This document shows, piece by piece, positions 50,131 to 64,000 of a DNA stretch of 64,000 nucleotides. This stretch comes from the human T2T-CHM13v2.0 reference genome, Homo sapiens. Where the stretch lies: NCBI RefSeq assembly GCF_009914755.1, contig NC_060940.1. One strand, given 5' to 3'. Both the position numbers and the translations under genes were made by a program. The number at the start of each line of letters is the position of its first letter. Position 1 is the first letter of the stretch. The notes under the pieces were generated by a model. That model made no database searches. It saw only the letters and a list, made by a program, of their open reading frames with translations, and had not been told where the DNA came from.

Positions 50131-51038
50131 GAGGTGGGTACATTTGAGCCCCAGGGCAGGGATGGGTGGAGGTTGGTCCTGGGGCCAGCCATCCCAAAGA
50201 GAGTAGGAGCTCAGGCAGGTCCTGCTGTCCACAGAGTCCGCACACACTGGGCGCCTTGCAGCTCCAGTGTCTGGAATTGCAAATGGAAATGAAGAGGATC
50301 CCACCACACTCCAGGGCTCAGGAGGGATTGGAGCTGAGAGACCATGAGGACCATGAGGAAGGGAAGTTTTCATCTCTTCGCTTGCTTCAGGAGGAAAAAT
50401 GCCCCCCCACACCCGTGCCCCTGCCCCCGCCAGGCCTCCTTCTTGTGTGAGTTAGTTCTGCTACAGTGGAAAGGAGCTCCCCAGTTCCAGATTTTGCAAA
50501 GGGTGTCACATCAGCCCCATGTCTCTTCCCAAGGGCAGAGGACTTACTGTAGCTAAGGCTCTGAGCTCCAGCCTCCCCTTGCCTTTGTGTCTTAAAAATT
50601 CCCTGCAGCCCGCCTTCTCCACTTGTGCACATCACCACGCACTGAGGCCCTCGCAGGCGCCAAGGCTGCTTCTTTCTACCTCTTGCCTCATTCTTGCCAT
50701 CTGCTTATCGCCCATTGGTATGAGCCTGAATCATCTTCCCAGGGGAAAGTCCGCGCTAGGAGCCCTGTGCTCTGACTACCTGGATTTATTCCCTGCATTT
50801 TCACGCCACCGGTGCCCAGTAGCTTCTGTCTTGGAACTGGTGCGCATGGACCGATGAGTCAGGGATACCCACTAGCTCTAACCATTCCTGTAAGTGATGC
50901 CTCATTAGGGCCGCTGTGGGGTGGGTTCTCCATCTGCGTCCACCTGGCAACCCCGCGAACTCTGATCGCGTGCCCTTTTGCACCCGGGACCCATGGATGC
51001 CCAGCCCTGGGTCATCCTCATTCCATCAACTGGCCTAC

Positions 51039-52600
<1,562 letters not shown>

Positions 52601-53079
52601 AGCTTTCTCCTGGGACCCTTTTCCTCCATCTTCTTCTGATCCATCCCCTTATCTCTGCCTCTAGACCAGGGAGAAACGTGGATCCTAAGAAGGTGTGCAA
52701 CCCCACGTTATTTTTCCATGCTGACAGGTACAAATACATCCCGGGTTCATGGACCCCTTCTCCAGCCTCCAGGAGGAGGGGTGGATCTCATCCAGCCCTT
52801 CAGTTTCTTCTTCCTCATCCCCCACACTCCTCAGCAACCCCCTAACTCTTCTTTCCATCAGGTTGTGGGAGGCTCTATTCTTCCTCAGGTTCAGAAGAGT
52901 GTTTAGGTTGCATAAACCGACGCGTGTCTGCTTCCATCAAAGTATTTGTCACGTGATCTGAAGCCCAGCTCCTGTTGTTCCACTGCTCCTACTTCTCCCT
53001 CCTTTATCCAGCCCACCAGGGAGCACTCTGCCATGGGAGGCCTCTGGCTGGCCGCTAAAGGATAACACCCCAGCGGGGC

Positions 53080-53362
53080 GGGGTGGCGCTCGCGTATAAT
53101 TCTAGAACGCTGGGAGGCCAAGGCGGGAGGATTGCTTAATCCCAGGAGTTTGAGACCAGCCTGGGTAACACAGTGAAGCCCCCATCTCTACAAAATGTAA
53201 AAACTTAGTCAGATGTGGTGATGTGTGCCTGCAGTCCCAGCTACTCTGGAGGCTGGGGTGGGAAGTTCGCTTATGCTCGGGAGGTCGAGACTGCTGTGAG
53301 CCATGGTTGCTCCACTGCACTCCAGTCTGGGTGACAAAGCAAGACTCTGTATCAAAAAAAGA
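53080..53362 (+). mobile_element. AluJ-like
   Basis: ggaggattgctt..cccaggagtt and gtcgagactgc J-type motifs. Confidence 0.8.
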
Positions 53363-53474
53363 ATGACATTCCATCCTCTCTTCTCCTGAAAAGCTTACTT
53401 CAGGGTCACACTCTCCCCCTACTGACCCACGAGGATGGCCCACAGGAATCTCTGGCCTTCCCCATGCAAGGCTG

Positions 53475-53559
53475 AGCACTTTAGGAGGCTGAGATGGGAG
53501 GATCCCTTAGACCCAGGAGTTCAAATTCAGCCTGGGCAATATTAGGAGACCCTTGCCCT

Positions 53560-53598
<39 letters not shown>

Positions 53599-53762
53599 CC
53601 CATCATGGTGGCACAGTCCTGTATTTTCAGCTATTTGGGAGGCTGAAGTGGGAGGAAGACTTGAGCCTACTTCTAGGCTGCAGTGAGTTATGATCACACC
53701 ACTACACTCCAGCCTGGACAAGAGAGGGAGACTCTGCCTCTGAATAAATAAATAAAATTAAA
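53475..53762 (+). mobile_element. AluJ-like with an expanded middle A tract
   Basis: J-type motifs; long A run at 53562-53597. Confidence 0.8.
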
Positions 53763-53769
53763 GACCTGC

Positions 53770-53940
53770 TTGCCAATTCTAAACCTGGTGGTTTTAGGTA
53801 AATAGCCTACCCTCAGAGCCTTGAGTGTTCTCCTTTGGGAAAAAGGTGGTTGTGAGGATTAAATGAGATATAATACATGCAAAGCTCTGGGTTCAGCATC
53901 TGACCATTATTATGCATCTTGTAAATGGTAGCTACTATAC
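53770..53940. mobile_element. MIR fragment
   Basis: ggttgtgaggattaaatgagatataatacatgcaaagc MIR core. Confidence 0.7.

Positions 53941-64000
<10,060 letters not shown>

Overview
Human genomic DNA: a pre-Ta L1HS and a consensus-like AluYa5 point to Homo sapiens. The window probably lies in a ZNF91-family KRAB-ZNF cluster such as 19p12, inferred from a ZNF91-type exon 1 plus a diverged ~71-bp beta-satellite block. No intact cellular protein-coding gene is present. 1-25 kb: an old MER57 provirus inflated by nested solo LTRs, many Alus, a Harlequin (LTR2, PBS-Glu) provirus that split an Alu, and a full-length L1HS in that Alu's tail (ORF1 R49*, ORF2 truncated by 16 aa). 25.8-31.7 kb: a gag/pol-less LTR10C/HERV-I-type provirus; its env CX6CC motif carries a TSD-flanked 150-bp fragment that looks like the 3' end of a cellular mRNA. 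34.2-45.4 kb: orphan KRAB-ZNF promoter, exon 1 and intron 1 with an antisense LTR13 and no KRAB or finger exons. 45.4-53.9 kb: GC-rich foreign block with an intron-retaining C1QL1 pseudogene (exon 1 only) and its CpG island. 53.9-64 kb: beta-satellite with higher-order structure. Repeat-family names come from recalled consensus sequences and need RepeatMasker/Dfam confirmation. I found locus-level oddities but no clearly new biological system.
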